From Minisyncoccota bacterium (GTDB taxonomy: Bacteria > Patescibacteriota > Minisyncoccia > Phycocordibacterales > UBA1006), in assembly GCA_028697455.1 (NCBI GenBank), contig JAQVEZ010000001.1:67902-131901 (forward strand): a DNA stretch of 64,000 bases, read 5' to 3'. The stretch's first letter is position 1. Every line of letters starts with the position of its first letter. Below, piece by piece: positions 8,582 to 18,786 of this stretch. Under the pieces are notes generated by a model that saw nothing but the letters and a program-made list of their open reading frames with translations, had not been told where the DNA came from and searched no databases. The position numbers were made by a program, and so were the translations under genes.

Positions 8582-9799
8582 ATGAAAAAAAATCCCTTCA
8601 TTACTTTAATATCTTTTTTCATCATTCTTGCTTCTTTCTTTTTGCTTCTCTCTGAACAGAAAAATGTATTCGCAGAAATACATTCTATTTATGATACCAG
8701 CGTTCTTGAGGCACTGACTCTTGATGGAGATAGTATTATTAAAGTGAGAACAAAGCAAAAGGAGATAGTTGAAAATCTAAACTTTACGAATACCGCTTCT
8801 CACATAAAAACTCCTGAAAAAGTTCACGCTCTTTATATGTCGAGTTGGGTAGCAGGAACACCTTCCGTTCGTGACGGAATTCTCAAAATTATTGATGAGT
8901 CAGAAGACCTCAACGCTCTTGTTGTTGACATTAAAGATTCAACAGGGGTTGTTTCTTTTGAGATACAAACACCACTTGCTTTAAAATATGGAACAGGCTC
9001 AACACGTATTGCTGATATAGAAGGCTTCGTTAATCTTGTCCATGAGAAAAATATTTATCTTATTGGGAGAATTAGTACCTTCCAAGATCCTGTTCTCACC
9101 GAAAAGAGAAACGACTGGGCACTTAAACGTATCGACAACGGAGGGATATGGAAGGACAATAATGGGCTTGCTTTTATCGACCCAGGAAAAGCAGAAGCAT
9201 GGGAATATATAAAAGAAATTTCTCTTGAAGCATATCGCGTTGGTTTTGATGAAATTAATTTTGACTATATTCGTTACCCATCTGACGGACCATTGAGAAA
9301 TTTGAACTATGCGCTTCCAGAAGGGGAGACAAGAGTTTCTTCTTTGAGAAAATTTTTCCAATACCTCGATCTTGAATTACGACAAAATAATAATATTCCA
9401 ATTTCTGCTGATATTTTTGGGCTTGCGACTTCAGCTGAGGATGATCTTGGCATTGGGCAATTCTTTGAAGAAATTTATCCCTACTTTGATTATGTTGCAC
9501 CGATGGTGTATCCATCGCATTACGGCCCTGGGACCTTTGGTTTTCCAGATCCTGAGATAAAACCTTATGAAGTTGTTAAGATGGGAATGGAGTCAGCTAT
9601 TAGGCGCGCAACGGCTCTTGGCATCACTGAAGATCAAAACCCTTATCGAAAACTAAGAACCTGGATTCAGGATTTCTCTCTGAGGGTTCCTTATGGCCTT
9701 AAAGAAGTTACTGATCAGATAAAGGCAAGTAGGGAAGCAGGGATTGATTCTTTTATGGTTTGGAACGCTTCAAATATTTATACAAAAAAAGCTTATTAA
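8582..9799 (+). CDS. Putative glycoside hydrolase (DUF4015-like TIM barrel)
   Basis: NALVVDIKD, GFDEINFDYIRYP, SADIFG, PMVYPSHY, RTWIQDF. Confidence 0.8.
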   Translation: MKKNPFITLISFFIILASFFLLLSEQKNVFAEIHSIYDTSVLEALTLDGDSIIKVRTKQKEIVENLNFTNTASHIKTPEKVHALYMSSWVAGTPSVRDGILKIIDESEDLNALVVDIKDSTGVVSFEIQTPLALKYGTGSTRIADIEGFVNLVHEKNIYLIGRISTFQDPVLTEKRNDWALKRIDNGGIWKDNNGLAFIDPGKAEAWEYIKEISLEAYRVGFDEINFDYIRYPSDGPLRNLNYALPEGETRVSSLRKFFQYLDLELRQNNNIPISADIFGLATSAEDDLGIGQFFEEIYPYFDYVAPMVYPSHYGPGTFGFPDPEIKPYEVVKMGMESAIRRATALGITEDQNPYRKLRTWIQDFSLRVPYGLKEVTDQIKASREAGIDSFMVWNASNIYTKKAY

Positions 9800-9811
9800 C
9801 ACACAACAACG

Positions 9812-10996
9812 ATGCAAAAATTCTTCTCAAAAAAAATAATTTCTTTACTCCTCCTTGTTCTTGGTTTTATACTGGGTTTTTTGTTATACCCACGTATTTA
9901 TGATTTTAAATATCCGCTTGCAAGAGGGGCTGATTTTGATTCACTTCGAAAGGTTTGGTCTATTATGGAAAAGGAATATCCTTTTGAACAGCCAAGTGAG
10001 AAGGATCGAATATATGGAGCTATTCAAGGACTCGTTGCATCGTACGGAGACGATTATTCTCGTTTTCTCACTGAAGAAGATTTGGAATATTTTGATCAAA
10101 ACATTCTTGGAAAATTTGGAGGAATTGGAGCAGAAATAAGTGTTCAGATGGGATTGCTTGTTGTTTCATCACTTCTTCCAAATTCACCTGCAGAGCAGGC
10201 AGGATTACAGATTGGAGATATTATTTCCCAAATTAATGGAGAAGATATTTCTCAAGGAACTTTTAATGAGGCCATTGCAAAAATTCGAGGAGAGATAGGA
10301 AGCTCGGTTACTCTTCGTATTGTGCGTCTTAATTTTGCAAGTGAAGAAGGACAAGACCGCGAAACAAAAGATATCACCATCGTACGAGATGCCGTAGAGG
10401 TGCCTATTATCAACACAGAAGTCCTTGAGGATAAGGTCTTTCTTATCCAGCTCTTTGGCTTTAATAATGGGGCAAAAGAGGCTTTTAGAGACGCTATGGT
10501 GGAGTTTAGCAATTCCGATACCACAAAGCTTATTGTAGATTTGCGTGGAAACCCAGGAGGATATTTAACCTCTGTTGTTGATATGCTCAGTTATTTCTTG
10601 CCTCAAGGTTATGTTGTTGTTAAGGAGCAGGTTGATCTTGATCATTCAAAAGATTATTCATATAGAAGCCTCGGGCACACACTCCTTGATACCAAGAGTT
10701 TCAAAACCGTTGTTCTTATTGATGAAGGGTCAGCATCTGCCTCTGAGATCTTTGCTGCTGCGTTACGTGATTATGAAAAGGCGACAATCATTGGCGAAAC
10801 AAGCTTTGGAAAAGGTTCCGTGCAGGAGCTTATTGAGTTTGATAACAACACTGCACTCAAGCTTACTGTTGCGCGGTGGCTTTCACCAAAGGGTGAATAT
10901 ATCGCTGAAGGAATTGTTCCCGATATTCTTGTTGATAATGAGGGAAAGGAAGATGTCCAACTGAATCGAGCAGTAGAATTTTTATTAGCATCGTAA
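9812..10996 (+). CDS. ctpA: S41 family carboxyl-terminal processing protease with PDZ domain
   Basis: GGIGA, DLRGNPGG, SASASEI, FGKGSVQ. Confidence 0.92.
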   Translation: MQKFFSKKIISLLLLVLGFILGFLLYPRIYDFKYPLARGADFDSLRKVWSIMEKEYPFEQPSEKDRIYGAIQGLVASYGDDYSRFLTEEDLEYFDQNILGKFGGIGAEISVQMGLLVVSSLLPNSPAEQAGLQIGDIISQINGEDISQGTFNEAIAKIRGEIGSSVTLRIVRLNFASEEGQDRETKDITIVRDAVEVPIINTEVLEDKVFLIQLFGFNNGAKEAFRDAMVEFSNSDTTKLIVDLRGNPGGYLTSVVDMLSYFLPQGYVVVKEQVDLDHSKDYSYRSLGHTLLDTKSFKTVVLIDEGSASASEIFAAALRDYEKATIIGETSFGKGSVQELIEFDNNTALKLTVARWLSPKGEYIAEGIVPDILVDNEGKEDVQLNRAVEFLLAS

Positions 10997-11014
10997 TTGT
11001 TCACGAGTAAAGGT

Positions 11015-11458
11015 ATGAAAGTTATATTATTACAATCAATAAAAGGGAAGGGACAAAAGGGAGACGTTATTGAAGTCTCTGACGGTTATGCGCAAAACGC
11101 ACTCTTTCCAAAAGGGCTTGCTAAGGCAGCAACCTCACAAGAGATTAATAAACTCAAACTTGCTCAAGATTCTCTTCATCACAAAGAAGAAAAACTAAAA
11201 AAAGAAATTCTTCTTGCTTTTGAAGTTTTGAACGGAAAGAATCTTATTATCAAAGAAAAGGTCAACGAAAAGGGGAGTCTTTACCGTGCCGTTACCAACA
11301 AGGAGATTTTAGAAGCTCTCAAGAGAGACTTTCGCGTTGATCTTCCAGACTCAAGTCTTTCTGATAAACACGCCTTGAAAGAAACAGGAGACTATCAAAT
11401 TGAGTTTGGTTCCTATGGTAAAAAAATTACCTTACTCGTAAGCATTCAATCACAATAG
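11015..11458 (+). CDS. rplI: 50S ribosomal protein L9
   Basis: MKVILL...G.KGDVIEVSDGYAQN.LFPKGLA. Confidence 0.95.
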   Translation: MKVILLQSIKGKGQKGDVIEVSDGYAQNALFPKGLAKAATSQEINKLKLAQDSLHHKEEKLKKEILLAFEVLNGKNLIIKEKVNEKGSLYRAVTNKEILEALKRDFRVDLPDSSLSDKHALKETGDYQIEFGSYGKKITLLVSIQSQ

Positions 11459-11464
11459 GGAACT

Positions 11465-11926
11465 ATGATAACTTTAGCTCAATTAAATAAAAAATGGTGG
11501 TATCGATTATTAAAAGTAGTCTTTGTCGCTGCGTACCTATTCGTCTTGCTTTTTGGCGTCATTACTTTTATTTCAAATTATGTTAATAACAAGACCCATG
11601 AAAAAGAAGAAGAGTTGGTTAGCTCTTCTCAGGAAATAAATACTATGGACATTAAAAATTATCTTTACAATTTAAGTATCGAACTAGGGTACACGCCAGA
11701 GCAAGCTGCACAAATGGTGCAAAAGTCATACGAACCGATAGAACAAAAACGAGCTATCGAAAATAATCAAGTATCAAAATTTAGTTTAGATATTGAGAAT
11801 ATTCAAAGTCTGAGAGAGATATTAGTATTTTCTCTGATATGGACTATAGTTACTTCTTTGATATTTGAAGGAACAAGAAGACTTTTCTACTATATCATTC
11901 TAGGAAAGTTCAGACCGACCAACTAA
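11465..11926 (+). CDS. Hypothetical membrane protein
   Basis: KWWYRLLKV N-terminal TM and C-terminal TM ending RRLFYYIILG. Confidence 0.7.
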   Translation: MITLAQLNKKWWYRLLKVVFVAAYLFVLLFGVITFISNYVNNKTHEKEEELVSSSQEINTMDIKNYLYNLSIELGYTPEQAAQMVQKSYEPIEQKRAIENNQVSKFSLDIENIQSLREILVFSLIWTIVTSLIFEGTRRLFYYIILGKFRPTN

Positions 11927-11974
11927 AACAGAGTACTTATTACTCTCAAAGGTATCAGGGGAGAAAATAATGTA

Positions 11975-12002
11975 ACGTCGCACAACATCTATTTTACGAC
12001 AT
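11975..12002. other. Putative dif-like Xer recombination site
   Basis: ACGTCGCACAA-CATCTA-TTTTACGACAT, an 11-6-11 imperfect palindrome at the gene-orientation switch. Confidence 0.55.
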
Positions 12003-12061
12003 TATATCTTAAAAACCACTCTTTAAATAAGAATAAAGCGACCTTCTCTATCTTCTTTAAT

Positions 12062-12093
12062 AAAAAACCCATCATTAATTAGATGGGTTTTTT
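12062..12093. terminator. Bidirectional intrinsic terminator
   Basis: AAAAAACCCATC-attaatta-GATGGGTTTTTT between convergent genes. Confidence 0.85.
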
Positions 12094-12106
12094 ATTTATC
12101 TTCTTT

Positions 12107-12709
12107 TTATTCTCCCTTCAAGAGATATTCTCTTAAAAGATTAATATTTCTACCAGATTGAGCTGAGTAATAAAATATTTTTACGTTTTCATTCCCAACG
12201 ATATTAAAGACTTCTTTTTGTAGTTCGTTCTGTCTTTTTTGGTTGATTTTATCGACTTTATTAAAAGCCAATACAAAAGGTCTCCCCGTTTTTTGAATAA
12301 GGTCAAGATACTCTTCATCTAATGTCGTTATACCGACCTTTGCGTCCAAAATAAGGCATATAAGGGCCGAATGCATCTTAAGATGAGTAATGTACCATCT
12401 TATAAGTTCCTGGAGCTCTAAACGTTGTTTTTTGGATACTTTGGCGTATCCATAACCTGGAAGATCTACAAAATAAGCTTTTTGTAGATCTGGCGTACTT
12501 ATTTCAAAGAAATTAATCTCTTTCGTCTTCCCAGGGGTCTTTCCTGTTTTTACCAATTTCTTTCGCTCCAAAAGTCCATTGAGTGTACTAGATTTTCCGA
12601 CATTAGATCTTCCAATAAAAGCGAGCTGTGGAATCCCGTCATGCATGATAGGATCTTCACCTACAACTCCTTTTACAAAGCGAACAGATTGTATTGCTGA
12701 TGTAGACAT
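12107..12709 (-). CDS. engB: Ribosome biogenesis GTPase YihA/YsxC
   Basis: GRSNVGKSS, KTPGKT, DLPGYGYA, NKVD. Confidence 0.95.
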   Translation of the reverse strand: MSTSAIQSVRFVKGVVGEDPIMHDGIPQLAFIGRSNVGKSSTLNGLLERKKLVKTGKTPGKTKEINFFEISTPDLQKAYFVDLPGYGYAKVSKKQRLELQELIRWYITHLKMHSALICLILDAKVGITTLDEEYLDLIQKTGRPFVLAFNKVDKINQKRQNELQKEVFNIVGNENVKIFYYSAQSGRNINLLREYLLKGE

Positions 12710-12730
12710 AATAAAAGAATGAAGCATCCT

Positions 12731-13147
12731 CTAGACTTCAGATGGTTCAGATTGAGAACTTTCTTCGTTTGGTTGTTGGGCATTCTCACTTTGTCCTTCT
12801 TGCAGAGTGCCTTGAGGAGCGCCAGTGTTAAATATCTCTGGATTAATAAGAGAAGTTACTTCCTCTGAGAACGCAGGTCCACCTTCTTGAATTCTTCCCA
12901 TATTATCAATAAAACTATTCCACAGGAGATCAACAAAAACATCATACCAAAGGTAATCAAAGGTATTTTTTAGATGTTTTGTATAAAAATTTTGTGATTG
13001 CTCAGAAACATAAGAAAAGTTTTCTTGTGTTTGTTCACTTTCAATTGCTTTTTTAAGACTAAAGTTAAAGAAATATGAAGCAACGAGAAGCACAAGAGCA
13101 AGAATGATAATGAGTTTGAGAAGTGAAAAGCCTTTATTCATACTCAT
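12731..13147 (-). CDS. Hypothetical membrane protein with a prepilin-like N-terminus
   Basis: KG|FSLLKLIIILALVLLV. Confidence 0.65.
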   Translation of the reverse strand: MSMNKGFSLLKLIIILALVLLVASYFFNFSLKKAIESEQTQENFSYVSEQSQNFYTKHLKNTFDYLWYDVFVDLLWNSFIDNMGRIQEGGPAFSEEVTSLINPEIFNTGAPQGTLQEGQSENAQQPNEESSQSEPSEV

Positions 13148-13166
13148 TATATATATCACATATCAG

Positions 13167-14501
13167 CTATTCTTTGAAACTTCCAGCATCAAGTCCCGGA
13201 AGATATGCGAGCGGGTCAAGATAGGCAGCGGTTGGTGCAAGTGGCATTCGATAATTGTTCCCAGGACACGCAGCACTTGGTCGTTCGGTAACCCGTGCCC
13301 CCTCTCCACCATCAACTCCTTTTGTTGCATAAACAGTAAGGTGAAGGTGGGGCCCAGTACTGTGACCAGTATTTCCAGAGTACGCGATAAGATCTCCTTT
13401 TTTCACTGTCTGTCCCTCGGTAACTTTCCAGCTTGAAAGGTGCCCATAAGTCGTTGAGAGTCCTATCCCGGTATGTTCAATGAAAACCCATTTTCCAAAT
13501 GAAGCTCGAGGACATTGCAGATCAGTATCCCCTACCCCCTTTACAATACCGTCAGCAACAGCATACACAGGAGTTCCTACAGCAGCTCGAAAATCAACAC
13601 CACTATGTGATCCAGAAACGTATAAACGTTCCGAAGAAACAGTTTTACCAAAACGCTGGGTTACATAAATATCTTTGAGTGGCCAAGCCAGCACTGCAGA
13701 GCCTTTTTTAGGAAGTGTACTTGGATTAAGAACGAAATCAAGTTTTGATTCGTAATCCCGTATTTCTGCGTCGAGGGCTGAGATCATTTTGACAGTCTCA
13801 TCAAGTTTTTTCTGGTGTTCAGATTCTTTTTTCTGAGTTTCTGAAAGAATTTGATTTTGTTTATCTTCTTGTGATTTAACAATGAGGCGTTGGTCACCTA
13901 AAATTTCTTTCTCCTCTTCAAGTTCTTGTTGCTGGAGTAAAAGGGTTTGACTGCTGTTATAGAGTTCAGATTTTCTCTTTTCAAGTTCTGCTGTTGTCTC
14001 CACAATTCTTGCTTGGAGCTGACTATAGTTATCTCGCGATTCAAAGAGACTTGAGATATTTTCTGCTGAAATAATGGTTTCAAGAATTGTGAGTGAATTC
14101 TGTTGTTCAATTCCTCGCAAAAGAGATTCAAGCGTTTTTGAATGTTCTTTGATGGATTGATTATGGAGTTGAATTTCTAATGCATTTTTGTTGATAGAAA
14201 GATTAAGTTCAGAGATTGTGTTCTCTGTTTTTTTGATCGTATTATCAAGGCTCTTTCTCTCGTTATTTATTCTATTGAGTTCTTGTTGGAGGGTTGTTTT
14301 TTCTCCCTTGGTTTGTTCGAGCTCTTTTCTAATTTCTTCCGCACGTTTTTCAAGTGTTAATCGTTCTTGAGTACGTTCTTGAATTTGTTGTTCAAGCTCT
14401 TCAATCGTTTGCGCTTGTGCAGAAAAAATATTTGTATTGGTAAAAAAAATAGTTCCAATAATCAATGCAAGTGTTATTCCTAAAGTCTTTTTTGTTTTCA
14501 T
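13167..14501 (-). CDS. Coiled-coil M23 family peptidase (EnvC/CwlO-like)
   Basis: Signal peptide, long coiled coil, HSGVDF, YGHL, STGPHLH. Confidence 0.9.
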   Translation of the reverse strand: MKTKKTLGITLALIIGTIFFTNTNIFSAQAQTIEELEQQIQERTQERLTLEKRAEEIRKELEQTKGEKTTLQQELNRINNERKSLDNTIKKTENTISELNLSINKNALEIQLHNQSIKEHSKTLESLLRGIEQQNSLTILETIISAENISSLFESRDNYSQLQARIVETTAELEKRKSELYNSSQTLLLQQQELEEEKEILGDQRLIVKSQEDKQNQILSETQKKESEHQKKLDETVKMISALDAEIRDYESKLDFVLNPSTLPKKGSAVLAWPLKDIYVTQRFGKTVSSERLYVSGSHSGVDFRAAVGTPVYAVADGIVKGVGDTDLQCPRASFGKWVFIEHTGIGLSTTYGHLSSWKVTEGQTVKKGDLIAYSGNTGHSTGPHLHLTVYATKGVDGGEGARVTERPSAACPGNNYRMPLAPTAAYLDPLAYLPGLDAGSFKE

Positions 14502-14643
14502 TATGGGCTTATTGTAGCATATTTTTAATTTCTTTTAAAAATTTGACAAATAGATAAAAAGTAAAAATTTAAAAAAATGGAAACAACAACTTTTTCAAAA
14601 GATTTTTTTAAAAATAGAGCTGACTTGTATTTCTCTAGCTCTG

Positions 14644-15066
14644 ATGAGGTTTTTAAAAAAAATACTCAAAAAGGCAAAAAACTCTTTGGAGATTTTACCC
14701 TCTCCAAAATGCTTTGAAGAAAAACCGGACAACTTTCTCTTCCGTGCCTTGGGCATATTGAAGGAGGGAGAATATTATTCATTGTTGCAAAAATGGGAAA
14801 TTGAAAAAATGTTAAAGGAAGAAACAATTTCAATTAAGCCCATAGAAACAGTTCTTTCTGAGATGTATGCAGTTATAGAGGACGAAGAATTTTCTGACGA
14901 TAGGACAATTGTATGGTTTGCCAAAGTCAAAATGTATTGGCTTCTTCCTTCTGAAACTGTTTGGATAATATGTCGCCGCGATAGATCTAACCAAAAAAGA
15001 TGGGAGATTCGGTCATATTTTCTTTTGAAAGGCGATGAGTTCAGAAACTGCAAATTTGCCCAATGA
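14644..15066 (+). CDS. Hypothetical protein, possibly the 3' part of a gene starting at 14577 and frameshifted at A8
   Basis: 140-aa ORF; the ATG 14577 frame joins it if A8 (14655-14662) were A7. Confidence 0.5.
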   Translation: MRFLKKILKKAKNSLEILPSPKCFEEKPDNFLFRALGILKEGEYYSLLQKWEIEKMLKEETISIKPIETVLSEMYAVIEDEEFSDDRTIVWFAKVKMYWLLPSETVWIICRRDRSNQKRWEIRSYFLLKGDEFRNCKFAQ

Positions 15067-15122
15067 GCAAAAACAAAAATTAAAAACAAAAACCCCAGCT
15101 TTTAATAGCTTGGGTTTTTTGT

Positions 15123-16454
15123 TTATAACAATTCTCTTGCTTTTTGGATACGACTGAGAGATTCTTTCTTTCCAAGAACAAAAAGTAAAGTAAAGGGATC
15201 TGGAGATTTTTCCTGTCCTGATAGAGCGTAGCGGAGTGGCCAGAGCACATCACCCTTCCCTTCTTGTTCTGCGTAAGGGAAGATGAGCTCCTTGAGGGCG
15301 TCGTTATTCCACTCAGCAGAATAGTTTTCAATTAATTGAGAAACTTTTTCCAAATGTTTTTGGGTTGTTTCTGCAGGATTTTCTTTCCAGGAGATTTTTT
15401 CTTTATTGAGTTCTGGGGAGTTGAAATAATACCCAAGCTCATTTTTTTCAATCATTTCTCTTACCCCGTCAAAATCATCAACCCGTTCTTTTATAATAGG
15501 GATAATTTTTTTAAAAATTTCTTGATTAAAATTTGGAATTTTTTGGAACTCAACTTCAAGAGGTTTAAGATAATTTTCAAACTCATCAAGAGAGTATCTA
15601 TTGAGATATTGTTTGTTAATCCATTTGAGCTTTTCAATATTGAAAACTCCCCCACCCTTTTGAACTTTATTAAGGTCAAATTCCTTGATCAGTTCTTCTT
15701 TTGAGAGAATCTCTCGTTCGTCTCCTGGATTCCATCCGATAAAAGCCATAAAGTTAATCAGTGCTTCTGGGAGAATTCCCTTGTCTTTGTATTCTAAAGT
15801 TGGAACGACTTCGGGGTCACGTTTTGATAGCTTTCCTCCACGAGGGCTCATAATGAGAGGAATATGAGCGTATTGAGGTCTCGAAAAACCAAGTGCTTCA
15901 AGGATAAGAATTTGTCGTGAGGTGTTGTTGATGTGTTCTTGCCCTCGGATAATGTGAGTAACACCCATAAGCCCATCGTCAACAACAACAGTGAGGTGAT
16001 AGACTGGGAGATTAATCGTTCGAGCAATGACAAAATCTCCAAGTTCGGTTGTATCAAATTCTATGTCTCCCAGGATAAGGTCTTTGAAGGAGATTTTTTT
16101 ATTGGGATTTTTGAAACGAATAACGGCCTGTTGAGAATCTTCTTTTGAAGGTTCTGCTTCATAGGCGTGCCCCGAGCTAATGAGCTGTTTGATATGTTTT
16201 TGATAAATAGCTGTCCGTTCAGATTGTCGATAAAATTCATCAAAATCAAGTCCGAGCCACTTAAGAGAATCGAGCATGTTATCTTCATATTCTTGTTTTG
16301 AGCGTTCTTTGTCGGTATCTTCACTTCGGATAATAAAAGTTCCCTTGTGCTGTCGTGCAAAAAGGTAGTTGAACAAGGTCGTTCGTACTGATCCAATATG
16401 GAATTTTCCCGTAGGTGAGGGTGCCATACGAGTAACAATTTTGTTCTCATTCAT
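15123..16454 (-). CDS. gltX: Glutamate--tRNA ligase
   Basis: RMAPSPTG.FHIGS, EDTD, THIIRGQEH, KLSKR. Confidence 0.95.
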   Translation of the reverse strand: MNENKIVTRMAPSPTGKFHIGSVRTTLFNYLFARQHKGTFIIRSEDTDKERSKQEYEDNMLDSLKWLGLDFDEFYRQSERTAIYQKHIKQLISSGHAYEAEPSKEDSQQAVIRFKNPNKKISFKDLILGDIEFDTTELGDFVIARTINLPVYHLTVVVDDGLMGVTHIIRGQEHINNTSRQILILEALGFSRPQYAHIPLIMSPRGGKLSKRDPEVVPTLEYKDKGILPEALINFMAFIGWNPGDEREILSKEELIKEFDLNKVQKGGGVFNIEKLKWINKQYLNRYSLDEFENYLKPLEVEFQKIPNFNQEIFKKIIPIIKERVDDFDGVREMIEKNELGYYFNSPELNKEKISWKENPAETTQKHLEKVSQLIENYSAEWNNDALKELIFPYAEQEGKGDVLWPLRYALSGQEKSPDPFTLLFVLGKKESLSRIQKARELL

Positions 16455-16493
16455 AGGGATTAGTATAGCAAAAAAACCCTTTTAATAAAGGAT

Positions 16494-17624
16494 TTATTTT
16501 TCGTGAGAAAGCCCAATACGAATAATTTCTTCTGCAATTTTTTGTGCCGCATCAGCTCTTCCAAATTCACGAGCTCCCTGCTTCATTGACTCTTTGACCT
16601 TCTCATTATCGTAAATTCTATTGATCTCAAAAAGAAGTAACTGCGAAGAAAGGTTATTTTCCTCAATAACAACTCCTCCACCTTCTCGTGCGTAGTTATA
16701 AGCATTTTTCATTTGGTGATTTCCGTGAGAATGTGTTATCGGGATAATAATAGCCGGAACTTCCCAGTGAGCAATTTCGAATAATGCAGATCCTGCTCGT
16801 GTAATCACAATATCAGCAACACCTGCTACCATTTTCATAGAAAGAGGGTTAAGAGAACCAAAAATATGATATCGGTTTCGATAAGGGTTTTCTTTGAGGA
16901 GTACTTCAGTCATTTTTTCCATTTCTTCAAGATTTTTCTCCCCCACCTGATGAATAACCTGGTATTTCTGGAGAAGTTCTGGAAGGATGCTTTCAATAGC
17001 ATAATTGATTTTTTGTGCACCAAGCGATCCTCCCAAGATCCAAACCACAGGAACCTCTTTATCAAGAGAAAGAAATTCGTGAGCACCTTCACTTACGGGG
17101 TGAAGCAAGTCTCGTCGTATTGGTTGTCCGGTATGAATAATATTTTCTTTATTTTTAAAAACTTCTTTTGCTTGTTTATAAGAAAGAGCTATTTCTTTGG
17201 CAAATTTAGCACTCCAGAGGTTTACTCGACCCACAGCAGAGTCTGATTCATGAATGATAATAGGAATTCTTAAAATTCTCCCTGCAAAAACAACAGGAAA
17301 AGCAGCATAGCCACCTTTTGAAAAAATAACATCTGGAAAAATAGAAAACACAAGAAAGAAAGTTTGTATTGTTCCGATGACGAGTTTGAATAAATCAGGA
17401 ATTGATTTGAACGAAGGTGTGAGTCGTAATTTACCAGCATTAATTTTTTTATAGATAATTCTATTTTCAAAAAGAGCTTTTTGATCATAGGGGGCGTCAG
17501 AAAGAAAATAAATTTTACTATCAGCAATATTTTCATCTGAGATAATTTGATTAAGCTCCTCAGCGACAGCTATTAAGGGATAAAAATGTCCACCAGTCCC
17601 TCCTCCAGCAAGGATAATTTTCAT
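16494..17624 (-). CDS. murG: Undecaprenyl-PP-MurNAc-pentapeptide GlcNAc transferase
   Basis: GGGTGGHFYP, KGGY, HESD, GGSLGA, TRAG. Confidence 0.95.
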   Translation of the reverse strand: MKIILAGGGTGGHFYPLIAVAEELNQIISDENIADSKIYFLSDAPYDQKALFENRIIYKKINAGKLRLTPSFKSIPDLFKLVIGTIQTFFLVFSIFPDVIFSKGGYAAFPVVFAGRILRIPIIIHESDSAVGRVNLWSAKFAKEIALSYKQAKEVFKNKENIIHTGQPIRRDLLHPVSEGAHEFLSLDKEVPVVWILGGSLGAQKINYAIESILPELLQKYQVIHQVGEKNLEEMEKMTEVLLKENPYRNRYHIFGSLNPLSMKMVAGVADIVITRAGSALFEIAHWEVPAIIIPITHSHGNHQMKNAYNYAREGGGVVIEENNLSSQLLLFEINRIYDNEKVKESMKQGAREFGRADAAQKIAEEIIRIGLSHEK

Positions 17625-17652
17625 ATATCAAGAGTATAGCACAGAAAAAGCT

Positions 17653-18771
17653 TTATATAATCCTTTTTTTGACAAGGTTCGTCTTTTTGTAGCGAGAGAT
17701 GTTGAGAACAATACCGAGAGCTCCTAGTGTTGTGAGAAGCACGGTTCCTCCGCTACTAATAAAAACCAAAGGAAGCCCAGAGACAAAGAAGAGACCGGAA
17801 ACAGCAGCAATATTAAAGAATGATTGAATAATGATTATTGTAATAATTCCAACAGTAAGATTTTGAGCAAAAGCATTGGGGGCATTTTTTGCAATTCTAA
17901 AACCAAAAAACGCAAAAGCGAGGTAGAGCATAATAAGAAGAACGCCTCCTACAAAACCAAGCTCCTCTGCAAAAACAGCAAAGATAAAGTCACTACTGTG
18001 TTCGGGAAGATAGTTATCGAATTTTTGAATACTTTGCCCGAGACCTCTTCCCAAAAGTTCTCCTGACCCTATAGCTATTTTAGATTGACGCACCTGATAT
18101 CCTGAACCAAGAGGATCTTTTTCTTGGTTAAAGAAGCTTGTTACTCGTTGCATCGCATAAGGCTGAGTGCTTGCATAGAGAATCCCCCCAGCAACAACAA
18201 TAAGAGCAAAAACGAGAATATGTTTTAAATTAGCTCCTCTTAAAAAATAAATAACAAAAAGAGCAATAGAAATAAGAGCAATCATCCCAAAGTGAGGTTG
18301 AAAGAAAAGGATAAAAATAACAGGGGCAAGAATCCCTAAAAAGGCTGCAAGTCCGTGTCGAAAAGTTTTTACACTTTCTTTATATTTATCAAACCAAGCA
18401 GAGAGAAAAATAACGGCTCCAAATTTTAAAAGTTCTGAGGGTTGGAAAGAAATAATTTTAAAAGAAACCCAACGTTGAGCTCCCCCATGCCCTACTCCAA
18501 GAGGGCTGAACACAAGGAGAGTTAATCCTAATGTTGTTAAAAAAATAATAAGAGCATATTTTTTCCAAAACAGATAGGGAATTTTGGAGATAAGAAGCAT
18601 AAATAAAAAACCTCCCCCAGCACCGAGTCCAATGTGTTTAAAAAGCTCAACCCAAAAAGCACCTTTGTTTTGAGTATAAAGAGGTAATGAGGCCGAAACG
18701 AAAGTCACTACTCCAACAATGAGGAGGATAGTAATAATCCAGAAGAATTTTTTATCTATTGCTTTATTCAT
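17653..18771 (-). CDS. ftsW: SEDS peptidoglycan polymerase FtsW
   Basis: GAQRW, FQPSELLK, GYQ, LPEHSSDFIFAVFAEELG; located between mraY and murG. Confidence 0.9.
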   Translation of the reverse strand: MNKAIDKKFFWIITILLIVGVVTFVSASLPLYTQNKGAFWVELFKHIGLGAGGGFLFMLLISKIPYLFWKKYALIIFLTTLGLTLLVFSPLGVGHGGAQRWVSFKIISFQPSELLKFGAVIFLSAWFDKYKESVKTFRHGLAAFLGILAPVIFILFFQPHFGMIALISIALFVIYFLRGANLKHILVFALIVVAGGILYASTQPYAMQRVTSFFNQEKDPLGSGYQVRQSKIAIGSGELLGRGLGQSIQKFDNYLPEHSSDFIFAVFAEELGFVGGVLLIMLYLAFAFFGFRIAKNAPNAFAQNLTVGIITIIIIQSFFNIAAVSGLFFVSGLPLVFISSGGTVLLTTLGALGIVLNISRYKKTNLVKKRII

Positions 18772-18786
18772 AATCTTTTTAAATAT

